Positions 23,262 to 36,099 of a stretch of DNA of 64,000 bases are shown piece after piece (the stretch's first letter is position 1; each line of letters begins with the position of its first letter). The translations under genes were made by a program, and so were the position numbers. The notes under the pieces were generated by a model. It saw only the letters and a program-made list of their open reading frames with translations, was not told where the DNA came from and made no database searches. Source of the DNA: Sphaerodactylus townsendi (taxonomy: Eukaryota); assembly GCF_021028975.2 (NCBI RefSeq), contig NC_059427.1:125488001-125552000 (forward strand). The letters are read 5' to 3'.

Positions 23262-24285
23262 CATGCTACCGTGGTTAAAAGTATCTAGCAGGGATAGCCA
23301 TGAGTGCAGTTGATTCACTGCTTGGTTGGGGAGCGGGCATCCACTGCTAAAGTGGCAAGGCTGCCAGGTGTTTTTTGTATGGGATAGGTTCAGGGATATT
23401 CCTGCTCTCCTTTGCCGTTTCTGAAAGTGGCTTCTCTTAAAGAACATGCTCTATGTTCCTTTCAGCTACGGGCTGAAAGTATTCTTTTTGGCTTGTGTGT
23501 GAATTATAAGACATGACATTGCTGGATCAGTGCAGTGGAATCCTCAAGAGTGGGCATCAGATCTCTTTGTTGTGGCATATTTCTGAGATAGGTGATACAA
23601 CTTATTTTTTCCACCAACAGCAAGTAGAGAGTTAAATGTACCATTCTTTTATTCCCTAGGGAGAACTTTGACGTTCCTAATTAAGGAATATGTTTTCCCA
23701 GATGTGCCATTATGCCACTGCCTAGATAGCCTTTTTCACTGTATTCACAACTCCCGTGTAGGGTTCAATTCCCATGGCTCCTATGGTGCTGCTTTTCTAG
23801 ATTGGGTGAAGGAGGTGTAGTTCATCCTTAGTTCTGCTTTTTCATCATGGATGGACTTGATGCCAAAGCCTATATGTGCAGGCCTTTTTGGTTCTGTAAA
23901 ACCACGTGTATATAAAAATGTGGACTTAACTACTGCAATATGAGTAGACGTTGACTGCTGTATACCTTATCTATTCAGTCCTAGTTCACAATGGGGAGAT
24001 GAAGCTTCCTTCTGGATTAGGTATTCAGACCATGAACTGCAGCTACTGATTCTGATATGCGCATATATTATGAGAAGGCATGACAGTTCCTATTCTGAGA
24101 TAGAGATACAACTTCAGGCTTTCAGTGCCAACTTTTCCTGGATAAATAAAACTTACAGGAAGAACTGTCGTCTCCTTTCTTACACAATTGCAAGCAGGTT
24201 ATCTATTTCCCAACTCTACTTGATATTAAAAAAATGTTCTCTAGTAGTAGGAAGAAGGTTCAGAAGTGTTGAGCACCAAAACTGA

Positions 24286-24291
24286 AATAAA
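24286..24291 (+). terminator. Probable SYNGR2 polyadenylation signal
   Basis: AATAAA followed by GT-rich ctgtttggcttgtgttg. Confidence 0.6.
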
Positions 24292-25622
24292 TATTTTCAC
24301 TTCTACTGTTTGGCTTGTGTTGCAGTTTGATTTGTCTTCGCACACGTTAGTGGAGATCATGCACACCTACATGGGGCAGTGTAGTTAAGGGGAAATTGTG
24401 TCTGTAGGGAATACAGTTTGAGGTCTCAGAAGCTGCCATGGCAGACAAGCGTAACGCTAAGTTGTGGTTTTTAGGGTAGTCTCACTACATCCTGCTTTTA
24501 TGACTCAACCCTCCACCCCTCCCCATTTATTGTAGCTTCAATACTTTAAGTTACTAGGGCAAAAAGGGCTTAAATGCTGTTAATACCCTTTACTCAGCTG
24601 ACTTGTAAGCTTCAAAGGAGTATTTGGCCTGTTTTCACCGATTGAGCGATACTTTGAAAATCTATGCCTAAACTTGTTTCTAAGCATGTTTCTGGTTCTG
24701 ACAAAACAACTAAATTCAAAATAAATAAACTTGAAGTACAGAAACTAAGACTACATTCAATATTTTTAAATTATTTAATAAGATTATGAACACCGGCAAG
24801 CCATAAACATCCCACAGCCTTAGTTACTATTAAAAAGAAAGCGCCATATTCCTAGCAGAGGACCAACAGTTAAAAGTGCAAAAGTATCCTCTGAAGCAGG
24901 TGCAAAAAACCCGTTTTTTGTTAATAGAGGCAACTGACACTAACAGTTCAATCCGAATAAATTAAAGACAGAACTTTAACCAAAATTGTACTATATGTAA
25001 GAATGTAGACACCAACAGTGCATCTTATACAAAGCTATTCTAGTCAATGCCCCTAAAACCAATGGGTCAAGGACTGTAGTAATTCTTTACAGGAATGCAC
25101 TGTGAACTAGTCACATCACAGAACACTTTATCCCATAATATCTAACTTGAATTAGCGAGATGCACGTATGAAGTCAATAAATAAATGCTTTTATTCAGTC
25201 TGGTCACTTCATAAGGAGTTCGATAACTCCGATTTAAGAATCCCATACCAAAGAAAGGGGTTAAACCTTTAAAAAAATTCATTTAATTAAGAGGAACTTT
25301 AAAGGATAGAATGTCGGAGTATAATTCATGCCCGGTTTTTAATTATGAAACAGGTTCTGCTAGCAAGCCCAGCTGCTCTTTACTGTTGGGGCAGTTAAAT
25401 CCAGAAGTAAAAAGGCAAGATTCATCAAGAGAAAGACAGCAACACAGGGAACTGTTTCTCAAGACAACAGGCTCCTGAAGGGATCCTCTGCTTAAATGAG
25501 GAAAACCCCCAGCCTGCTGCATTGTGCGCCTGCCTCGTTTTTCCTGGAGCAACTGCTTCCTATGCATCACCATTAATTCTGTGAGTCTGCTAAGTCCATT
25601 AAAATCTTGCTTCCCACTTCAT

Positions 25623-28600
25623 TCAGTTTGATGGGCTCCACTGCATGATCTGACGGGCAGCCAAGACCTTCCTGGGTACGGTTATCTCTAAGCCTCTGTT
25701 TCCTCCTGGTAGGTTCTCTTTGTCCTCAGGCAGTGGCTGGTGTGATCGCTTCTTAAAGTAACAGACGCGGCAGACTGAATGATATTTATCTGCCCCTCCA
25801 ATCACTTCTACCTGGTTGGACAAAAGGCGATACGTTAAATCCCTTACAAAAAAGCAGCATTATTCTGATAGTCTATAACTTATACTTTTGACACAGATGA
25901 GAACCCTTCTACAGAACAGACTCTTACCTCCTTCTCTATTCCCAGTCTTTTCGTGTAAGAGGCCTCCCGATAACACTCCATACAGACCGCATTTAATTTC
26001 ACCACACTTTCTGCTAAGGGGACCAGCTGCAAGATGTTCCCAAAGGCCTACGGTGAGAGAGTCAGGCATATCATATCTACAGTATACGAACAAATTAGAA
26101 GCCACATGGAGAGAGGAAATGTCAGCTTACCTTCCTCTGGAAGGTCCCGTCAAGGGCCGCAACAATTACTGTCTTCCCTGCATTGGCCATTGCCTCAGAA
26201 AACTCTGCAATATCTGGAAACTGGAATGAGGGGGGAAACTACATTACTGTCTCTCTGCAGCATACACACTCCTCAGAAACTATAGCACATATAGAACATC
26301 CCTCAGAAACTATAGGAAAGTATTATCCAGGAAGAAGAAAATACGTTTTCCCTGATCTTTATTAATGTACATAACTAACTTGCATATGAATTTAAGATGG
26401 GTTTCTCTTTTTCAACATGACACATGTATGAAAAAAAAATATAAGCGTGAATCCTATAACTGCATTCCATATGCATTTCACTCTGGCCCCAGAGCAGCTC
26501 GCTTATTCTGCCACTAGAACTTCAATTTACAAAAAAAACAGTGGCTGCTTAGGGGCACTTGTGCAAGCGAACATGGTAGTTGTAGAGGAAGAGAGCTACA
26601 CTACTAGAACTAAACACGTTCAGAATGTCATTGTAGGATCCAAGCTCTAGTCTTCCTTTGAGTCAAACAGAGTAAGATACGGAATATCCAGAAGTGTTCA
26701 TATGATACTCTTACCTATGTCTACTGAATATAAGTCTGTATTCTTCTGTTACTTAAGATACTGCATGCAGAGGTGCTGTAAAGGTCCCCAACTGATACAA
26801 CTAATTGAAAACTTGACAAATAACAGAAAGAACTTACAAACTGGCCCTCATCAATGCCAATCACAGCAGAGCTCAGGGCCTCTTGATGCACATCTTTGAG
26901 ATTACAAGCTGACAGGGCCTCCATGGTGTTCCTGTCCAGAAAAAGAAATGTTTCTGACATCAGAATGGCTCTGTTCCAGGTTTTTGGTCTCTGGAGAACT
27001 GTCACACAAATGAAGTCTAGCTTTGAAAAAGCTGTATTAACATAGGGCAGAATCACAACAAATTTTATGCATTGGAACGATACAGCACCTGGTCACATGT
27101 TATAGTGAATGTGCCTACATCTATTTATGAAAAAGAACAAAAAAGTGTTCATTTTACAAAAGAAACGAGACCACTACCTGTGTAAATGTGGGGTTTAAAG
27201 CCTACGTTCATATGTAAGTGCATTTAATTTACCAGGATAATTACCCATCTCATGTATAAAGAACAATCAAGTGTACACTGTGTACATCAATTATACACGT
27301 GCTCAGTATAACTTGTGAACTGGGCGATTATGTATTTTAAAATACGGTTTATTTTATTTCTATCCCACCTGCTCCCTCATTGCAGTGGGGCTTGGGGAGG
27401 TTAAAACATATAACATACATGATTAAAATCCAGTATATAAACACAAAATTAACTTCAGATTAAGACATTACATTATATAATATGGCCCTAAAAACTCCAT
27501 GATGTCACTTAATCATTTCTCCCATATGGGACGGGGAGAGACCTAGTTAGTGTCAGCCCTAGGCTGGTACTAGCATTTTGCGGGGGGAGGGTGTGTGTGG
27601 ACACATCCAGTGGCTACCAGCAGCTTCACGGAAGACCAGAAGCAACACCTCAGAAGGAAATAGGCAGGTAGATGGGGCGGTTAGCTGATGTCACAACCTG
27701 TCACTTCCCTCAACCATATGCCTGGTGGAACATCTTGGTCTTACAGGCCCTGCAGAAATAAGCTAGGTTATGCAGGGCCTGGGTCTTTCTAAAAAGAAAG
27801 TTCCACCAGGCCTGGACCACAGTTGAGAAGGCTCAGGCCCTGGTTTGGAACAGCTTCTGTGGGCCAAGAATTACCAGTTTGTTGACACCTGTGGAATGCA
27901 CAGTACTTCGGGGAAAATAGTGGGAGAGATGGAATCATAAATAGGAGGGTCCCAGACAATACATGGTCTAAATATAGTAAATATGAAGTACAGTAAAATG
28001 TTTGTTTTGTACATTAATAAAAATTAAAAAGTACAATGGTTAGGCTGTTGGATTAAGACTGAGGAGACCTAAGTTCAAATGAAGCTGACAAAGACCCCTT
28101 CTGTACATGCAGAATAATCCACTTTCACAATTGTTTGCAAGTGGATTTTGCTATTCTGCACAGTAAAATCAAATGTACTTTTAAAATATCTGGTTGTCTG
28201 TGCTCTAGCTACATATTAAGCTTTGTGTAGGGCAGTCCAAGATTACACATATCACATAAAATAATGGCAGATGAGTAGACAAAAATAATACTCATCTACA
28301 TAACGATAAAGGAGTTAATTATGAAAAACAGAAGAAGGTATCCTAGACCAGGTTGTCCATCTTTGCCTTATTGGTTTTTTTGGTATAAGCTTGTCTTGCA
28401 GAAGTAGCTCAAACTGAGCTCAACAGGACTTACTCTCAGGGAAATCTTTATAAGACTAAAGCCTGAGTCTTTTCTATCAGTCCAGTAAAGGAATTATTTA
28501 TATGCTTGTTTAATGTTCTTTACTGTGTTTGCTTAGCCATAGTAATGACACAAATATATCAAGAACCCTGATCACTAAGTTGTTTGTAAGGTATGAACTG

Positions 28601-30199
28601 GTTGTGTGGTTTAATTGAGCACATGCTAAGTATGCATATACGTCTTGCCCCAAAGTTATGATTTCTGCTTCCTCCAGAAAGCATGTCAAGAGTCTGTTTT
28701 AGCAAACAAACTGCCCTTTCTTTCCTCTAGCCAAAGGACACCATTAGAAGAAATTTACCTGTCATGTGTGGAGATCCCATTGGTACAGTAGCGTGTATCC
28801 TTGGCATACTTGATCAGCAGACATTTGTACTGTGCAATTTGGAAACGACGGACCCGGCGCATGAGTTCAGTGCTGCAAAAAAAAAAAAAAAAAGTAGGAC
28901 ATGTTTAGCAGCAGATAATAGCAAGGAGATTTGCCTATAAAAACTGTGGTCCCCCCTCTGCAAGATGGCAATATGGACATGGATGCAATCAGCTGGATGA
29001 AGACACAAACTAAAGAAGCACGTAGTCTGCTGTATCCTACCCTGTCCCGCAGGATCCATTCATGGCCCAACAGGAAGGAAGGCATTGGAAATCTTACCCT
29101 ACCTTGAATAGAGTACTCAAACTAGTTAGAAATTGTGCTGCAAGTCAGATTCAGGGTACAATAGAGTCCTTCTCAGCCATGATACAATAGATATGCAACC
29201 CCCACTCCCCCAATGTGCCTTCATACAGTTTTGCCAGGAGTGTTGGAGAGCAAGCTGTGATACTGAAGAAACAGTCAGTCAGCTATATGCCACGGGTAAG
29301 CACACACTCCCCATGCCACTTGTGGAACTAAGACTGTAGGTAGACAATACTGGTGTAATAGGCTCAACACCCAGACTGCTAATTCTAATTAGAACAATAT
29401 TGATTTTGTATACCTTTTCCCAGAGAACATGGGTCCAAAGATAACCTAAAATGGAGAGGGAACAAAGGATAAAAAAGATCAGACACATCCTCACCAAACA
29501 CTGCCCAGAGCCCTCCGGGGGTAGAGCGGTATATTAAACCTAATAAATAATAATATACTGCAAATTGGCTCCACTGAAAACATGGTGATACAGACTCTCA
29601 TCCAATTCAGGAGGTTTTCTTCTATGATATCAAAGACAAACTACTCCCCAGAGCCTCTTCCCTAGGCTGACTGTACTAACACCCAATCTGACAAACTAGT
29701 ATTACTAATTTATTGATATTCGTGTTTTTGACTTTCAACTTATCTGGGAGGCCCAGGTTTGAAAAGCAGTGCCATGGAAGCTTTCTGGGTAACGGCAGGC
29801 CAGTCGCGCACTCTTAGCCCAACCTGCACTGCAGGGTTCTTGTGAGGATATAATTGAGGAGAGGAGAACGATGTAAACCGCCGTGGGTGTTGTTTTCAGA
29901 ACAGAATGGCGGGCTACAGATTTGCTAAATGCCCTCTCCGGTTTCTGACTCTAGCAAGCCATATTATCCTATTCCCCACCCCTCCTTTCCCAGCTAGATA
30001 GACGCATCACCCAAAATCCAAACGACCCCTCTTCCCGCCCCAACCGTGTAACTCGACAACTGCAGCCCCTCCTGTCCAAAACTTTGACAAATATTCATAT
30101 TATATTAGATGCATCGTCCCCGCCCCCGCTTGCCTGTATCTGACCGCGGGCCTTGCAAGGAGACCCCGGCTGTACTCCTGGCATCCACGGGGAGTTCAT
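25623..30199 (-). CDS. TK1: Thymidine kinase 1, 234 aa; exons 30199-30134, 29445-29414, 28872-28759, 26931-26838, 26220-26131, 26047-25928, 25811-25623
   Basis: GSP..RGQIQ|[11 protein letters not shown]|TELMRR (P-loop), [22 protein letters not shown] and CRVC zinc ligands, [12 protein letters not shown] box; 705 nt in frame; intron 1 is GC-AG. Confidence 0.97.
27348..27960 (-). mobile_element. L2-like LINE 3' fragment in TK1 intron 3; similar pieces at ~36029-36310 and ~51690-52035
   Basis: tttattttatttctatcccacc tail followed by L2-like gttccaccagg..gagaaggc segments; assignment from recalled consensus only. Confidence 0.5.
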
Positions 30200-30495
30200 A
30201 ATGCTGATCCCAACCACCACTCCTTTCTCCGATCAGAACCGCTCAAACTGATTTCGGGCGAGCGCCGTTCTTGCCTCCTTTACACCCAGAACGATGGCTT
30301 GTCCAATCAGAAAGAGCCGCGCCAAGCTGGGGACAATCAAAAGAATCTCCGCCTTCTCCGAAACTTGGCGGGAACGAATTTCATAGTACGATTTTCCGCT
30401 CCCGACCTGCTCCACGAAGGGAATTTGGGGCGGCTGATTCTCTTGCGCTCTGAGATCGGCGGGAATTTTTTTTTTGTCAGACTGCGCTAAAGGTT
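30200..30495. promoter_or_regulatory. TK1/AFMID bidirectional CpG promoter
   Basis: CpG-rich; CCAAT at 30303-30307; E2F-type ttggcgggaa at 30365-30374 and ggcgggaa at 30458-30465; genes are head to head. Confidence 0.75.
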
Positions 30496-30994
30496 AATTG
30501 CCAGGAATGCCTGGATCCATTAAAATGCACCGGATAATTTAATCGATGTTCACATAACTGAAAAATGGAGGCGCCCTATGACCTGGTTAAGGATCCCAAC
30601 TGCGACTTGGAAAATTCATGCAGCTATTTGGATGGAGCAGCTGGGCAGAGATTGTATGGCCACAGAGTCTAGGCGCCAACTTCCTCCAAGGGAGCTGATC
30701 TCTGTAGTCTGGACGCTGGAGAGCAACTGTAACTGCAGGAGAGCTCCAGGCGTCTTCCTTAGAGAAAGGGCATTATCTTTTAAAGAAAAATTTTAAATGG
30801 TGGAGAGTACGTCGCTCTTTATAGTTCATAATAAACTGTTCAATCGTGCCTTTTTAATACAATCAGTCGTAGTGTGAGTGTTCATGAACCAGAGCTCTGA
30901 CAAAGTGGGTTCTGACCCACAATGAATTGGTAAATCTTCAAGCTCCCACAAGACCCTATTGTCATTTCACCCTACAACTAGCACAATTATAGTT

Positions 30995-31205
30995 AGAGAT
31001 TCCAACTGTAGGTTAGGGAATTCCTGGAGATTTGGGAATGTAGCCTGAGGAAGGCAAGGCAGAGTTGGGGAGGGGGCTCAGCAGGGTATAATGCCATACA
31101 GTGCACCCCCCAAAGCAGCCATTTTATTCAGGAGAATTGATCTCTGTTATATGGAGATCACTTATAATTTTGGGATGTTTCCCCAAAACCTGGAAGCTAG
31201 CAAGT
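30995..31205. repeat. Old abundant dispersed repeat family (gttgcca..ctggagatctc..gaactgatctc); further copies at ~31970-32165, 34095-34305, 44058-44297
   Basis: Shared motifs aattcctggagatttggga, gggtataatgccata, gcagccatttt and aactgatctct in both orientations. Confidence 0.6.
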
Positions 31206-33002
31206 CTAAATATATGATGAGAAAGTCTAGCAAAACTGATCACCACATTACTTTCTAGCTTCATCTCACACCTTGTATTGGGTACAGTTTGGTTCTCCAA
31301 AGTGTTAAGCATTGAGACAAAGTGTTTGGAATTCCACGCACACACTGGTTGTTGATTATTCAGTAGTTGTCCCTGCTGAAAGATATGAATTATTACTGTT
31401 CTTTTTCAGGGCTTCTGTGCTATCATTTGAGATATAATTAAATAGCTGTCTGATTTTGGTCACACAATGAGGAAATGGCCAGTAAACCATTACAATTACT
31501 AATGTTTCTGTTGTTTGGAATAATGGCCAGGAGGGGATGGGAGTGTTTCACAGTGAACACTGGAATCTTTTATGGCCAATTTGCATATTCAGAGGCACTA
31601 GTAAAACGTAGCTGCTATCACACCTAACCTTCCGTCTATTGGGAATCTAACTATAAACAATCTTGTTTATTCAGTGTCAGTGCTGTCTGCATGCGTGTGT
31701 TCCTCTCCTTCCCCCCCATGGCTGTATTTCTTATACTCTAACAAATTAGTATCTATGCAATTAATTTTGACTGTTTTGTATGCACATTTCATACCATGAT
31801 GATCCTGAAATCTAACAGCAATAAGAGAGCTGTAAAAAAGTATAAAAATAGCTTATTTCTGCCCCACACATTAGAGCTATATGCTCTTCTATTCATGCAA
31901 AGACTTTCCCTCTGTAAATGCTGAGTACCTTTGGACTGAACTGAGGGCCTGCATGAAGATTGCAAAATCGGTTGTCAGCCTGCAGATGGAGCCTAAATAT
32001 CTTCTGGAATTACAACTGATCTCCAGACTACAGAGAACTGTTCCCAAGGGGTTTTGGAGGGCACAGCCTATAGCATCACATCCCTGATGACCTCTCTGCC
32101 TCCTTGAACTCTACCTTCCCAAGGCCTCAAAATATCCAGGAATTTCCCCAGCCAGAGCTGGCAACTGTATGAAGCACAATTCAGACATGAAGGGGTTAAC
32201 TGTGTGCATGCTAATTAGCTACTGAGGTCAGCATTTTATGGCCACTCCATTGATTAAGCTATTGGTCAACTAACCCCAGCATTGCCTATGTGAGACTAGA
32301 CAGAAGTTATAAAATAAAGTATGTTTCTTTGTTTGAACCACCTGAGGTAAGACCTATTGCCTTGCTAGGTAGGCACCATGTAGGAGCTCATGGTACAGAG
32401 CTATGTAACAAAGTTAGTACTAGAATAGAAAGCTGTTATTTATTATTTCTTCCATGTAAACCCTCCCTAATAGATAGTAAACAGTTATATAAAAACCAAC
32501 TGTCTATTGGTTTCTTCTTCTGCTACTCTGCTAAATATATTAAGTTAAAAAGTGCAACAGGGTCTCCTCCCATCACCCCTAGACAGTTGAAGTAGAAAGG
32601 TTTCATTCCTCTCTTAGTTTTTTAGAGAATTACCTTACTACAAAGAAGTCTATCCAGAATTTGTTTATGGGTTTAAGCTTGCATCAGGAGAAAGGCAGTT
32701 TACTTAGCTTTCCTGGGATGTCTGTTCTAAAGCAAACACTGAGAATAAGTGTGACTGACTGATTTGTTTCCCATTGTGGGGTAATGTTTTAGCTTGTTTC
32801 TCTTATCAGCAATTTTACTCTGAGGCCTTGGGATTGCTGATTTAGCTCATGAACTACATAAAAGTTAAAGATTCCTTGAATAGTTTGCTCTCAAAGGTTG
32901 AATTGAGTCATGTGGTTGAAGTAACTCTAGTTTAGTGGCTCTGCAACATACACCTCCCACAGATATAAGCAATACAGAAGAGGCCATATCTGAATTGGTG
33001 AC

Positions 33003-36000
33003 ATGGGAAAGTGGCAGGAAATGACAAAGGAGGTAATGACATTTGTTAGGGGAAAACTGTGTCATTGCTTGTGTTTTACAATTACAGGCACAAACAAGAG
33101 TTGGGGCTTCTTTTGGAGAACAATGTATTCTCAAAAAGTAGCCATTTAAGATAGAATTGACATGATTTTGTTACAGCAAACAGACAAACCTTTTGACAAT
33201 CTGTTGCAGTTCAGTGCTTTCTGGATAGTTTTTCTGCCTTTTTAACAGATGTGATTGAAGTACTATGTTGCCAGCTACGTTTTCAAAAGCACTTCCCCTG
33301 TATTCTAAAACTAGACCCAATCCTGCTGTTTAAAATAGAGTAGACTAAATTTTGGTGAAATCTTGCCACAAAATAAGTCAAGGGATGGTGGTGCTGGGTG
33401 CCTGAGGTAGGTAGCGAAGACTAGGCAAAGTATTTTCCAGTACGGGGAGGGGTGGAGAAAGAGTTGAAGGGGGGAAGCTTTGTTTTTGTGAAATGTTGCT
33501 GAGGACAGGGGGGAACTGAGAATAAATTTTATGTGAAAAAAGCAAATGTAAATGTTCCTTTGCAGCTTGTGGTGGGGTTGTTGCTTAACTTATAATGAGA
33601 GAAGCACTGAGACCTTAATCTGTGAGGGAAGAGATGCCAGCACTCTGTAAACACCACTTAATTTTAAAGCTGTGAAGGAAGGGAAGAGTGATGTTGTTCA
33701 TTGGTGTGGAAACAGTATCCTGCATATGGCTGCTTAAAATGCTGTGCCAGGGGTACTCTGACTGATGTACAGCCAGGCCCTTATTGACCTGTCTCAGTGT
33801 TCCTGAGTAGCTGTAAAACAGAATCAGGGTACATATATTTGTTTCAAGTTGCACTGTTGCTTTTGCCAGCTGGAGCCATTCTGTGTAAGGTACATTTGAA
33901 TGTAGATTGTGTTTCTTCTGTCATTATCTGCAAGGCTCTGTCTACAGTCCACAGGTTCTATGGAATACTGGAGATTGTAATATGGCTGCCATTTCCTCGG
34001 GGAAGAGGAGTGGCAAAGGGATTTAAAAATCATTCATTTTTGAGCACCCCAGCCATTTGTTTGAAACAGAAAAATCTCCCATTGCCTAATATTAGGGATG
34101 TCAGTTTCAGGTTAGTAAATTCCTGGAGATTGTGGGATGGAGTCTGGGAAGGGGAGGGTTTGGGGAAGGAGAGGGGCTTCAGTGGGGTATAATGCCATAG
34201 AATCCACTGCCTAGACCAGCCATTTGCCCCAAGAAACTGATCTCTGTTGCCTGGAGAGCAGTTAATCCTAGGAGATCTCAAGCTATCACTTGGAGGTTGT
34301 CAACCACACCTAATATTAAGGTTAATCTCTAACAGTATTCAGATGGTGTTCTAGGAAGGCTTCAGGTTCATAAGAAGTTTGTCATGCTTTTATAAGTGGG
34401 GGAACTGGCAATTCCCTGAAACACAGTGTTTATTTATTTTAATATTTATATCTCACCCTTCTCTCCAATGGAAAGGGAAAGCAGTTTACATCACTCTCCC
34501 CTCCTCTATATTATCTTCACAACATCACCCCATTCTCACATTTGGAGGGCATGATCAGGATCAGGCCCTTGCAGCATTTTAAATTGTTTCAAAATGGTGG
34601 CAGTATTTCCATGCTGTGTACAAGGACACCATCTCATCAAGTCTGGTCCTCAGCAAAAGTGCAATCAGTAACTCTGCTGAAGATCACACTGGAACTTACT
34701 GTTTCCTATTACTGAGCTATTTCTGCTTTTCACTTCCTGCTACCTTTAGTCAGGCCTGTTGCAGAAAGTGGGGGCACAGAACAAGTTATAAGAGAGACTG
34801 TTGAATGTATCATTTAAAATGCATTCACTTGCTGCAAATATAGTGTGTTCTCTGAGACACATATCCTTTTTCAGGCTATAAAAACAGAAGGCAAAAGATG
34901 TGGAACCAGCTGTAATTTTATAGCTTTTTGCAGAGTTTGTCTGCCTTGCCTGTAATCCTGTCATGTAGCCAGTAATTTACAAATGTTGTTGAACTATCAT
35001 CCTTATTTCTCTGCTCTCAATTAATATGTAACTACTTGTCTATTATTGTTTGTGATTAGTGACTCTTCTGCAAAATGCTGGTGTTTCTCTACCCTGTCCC
35101 AGTTTTGTTGTTTTTGGGTAACATGGGAGATTGCTGATGTGGCCATATATGTTCTCTCTCTTTGCAGGAGCTGGAAACTCAGTACTCCCCTAGCAAGTGG
35201 TCTCTTCGGCGGGTCAAGGATGTGATTGAGGTTCATATACAGGCAACTAGTGATGGTAAAGGGTCTGAGGCAGGCTCAAACGAGATGTGACATTTATTTA
35301 GCAAGTTGTATTGGAGTTCCCCTGATCCAACTCTTTCCCCCCGCCTTGACACAGCAGCTACTGGGAAGGTATTTTCCCAAGCACCATGGGGCCAGGTTCA
35401 GATTGGAACTATGGTACAGGGAAGGAGAGCCTCTGCTTTCCCCATGCTATTTTAATGAACCAAAATGGATCCAGAAGGCACTGCAGCAGCCTGTCATGGG
35501 TCAGTGTCTGGGAATAGGGATTCCTTGGGAAAAGAGCTATGAGAGCAGACTCTCAGCTTTGTCTTATTTCCCCTGGCTACTCTGAAGATTTAAAAGTCTG
35601 CTGCCTAGCTCTGTTCCTCTCAGTTGGCCAGGATGCTGAAACCTGACAATAGCTGCCTGTAGCCTGACTCAGTACACAGCCCTACAGTAGGACCAATCTG
35701 GGGTCATTTTGGCTCTAGAAAACAGTTGGTGGAGCTGTGGTCCTGATACAAGCTGGGACCTGCAGTGCTTGGGGAAGTAAGGTCACCTATCCTGACATAT
35801 GGCTGTGAGGAAAGTGATTGGGTCTGGGGGAACCCCAACTCTCTAAGGTCAAGTGTAGCTTGCACCATACTTATGTGCCAAGTGGGAGTGGGGAGAAAGC
35901 TCCAATTTCAAGTGGAGCATTTAGTGAGAGAGGGGGGCTTCCTGAGTAAGAATGCTAGTAGACTTTGACCTGGGTGATTAAGACAGCACTTTTGTTGTTA

Positions 36001-36026
36001 ATTCAAAGTGCATCCTCTCTTTACAC

Positions 36027-36099
<73 letters not shown>

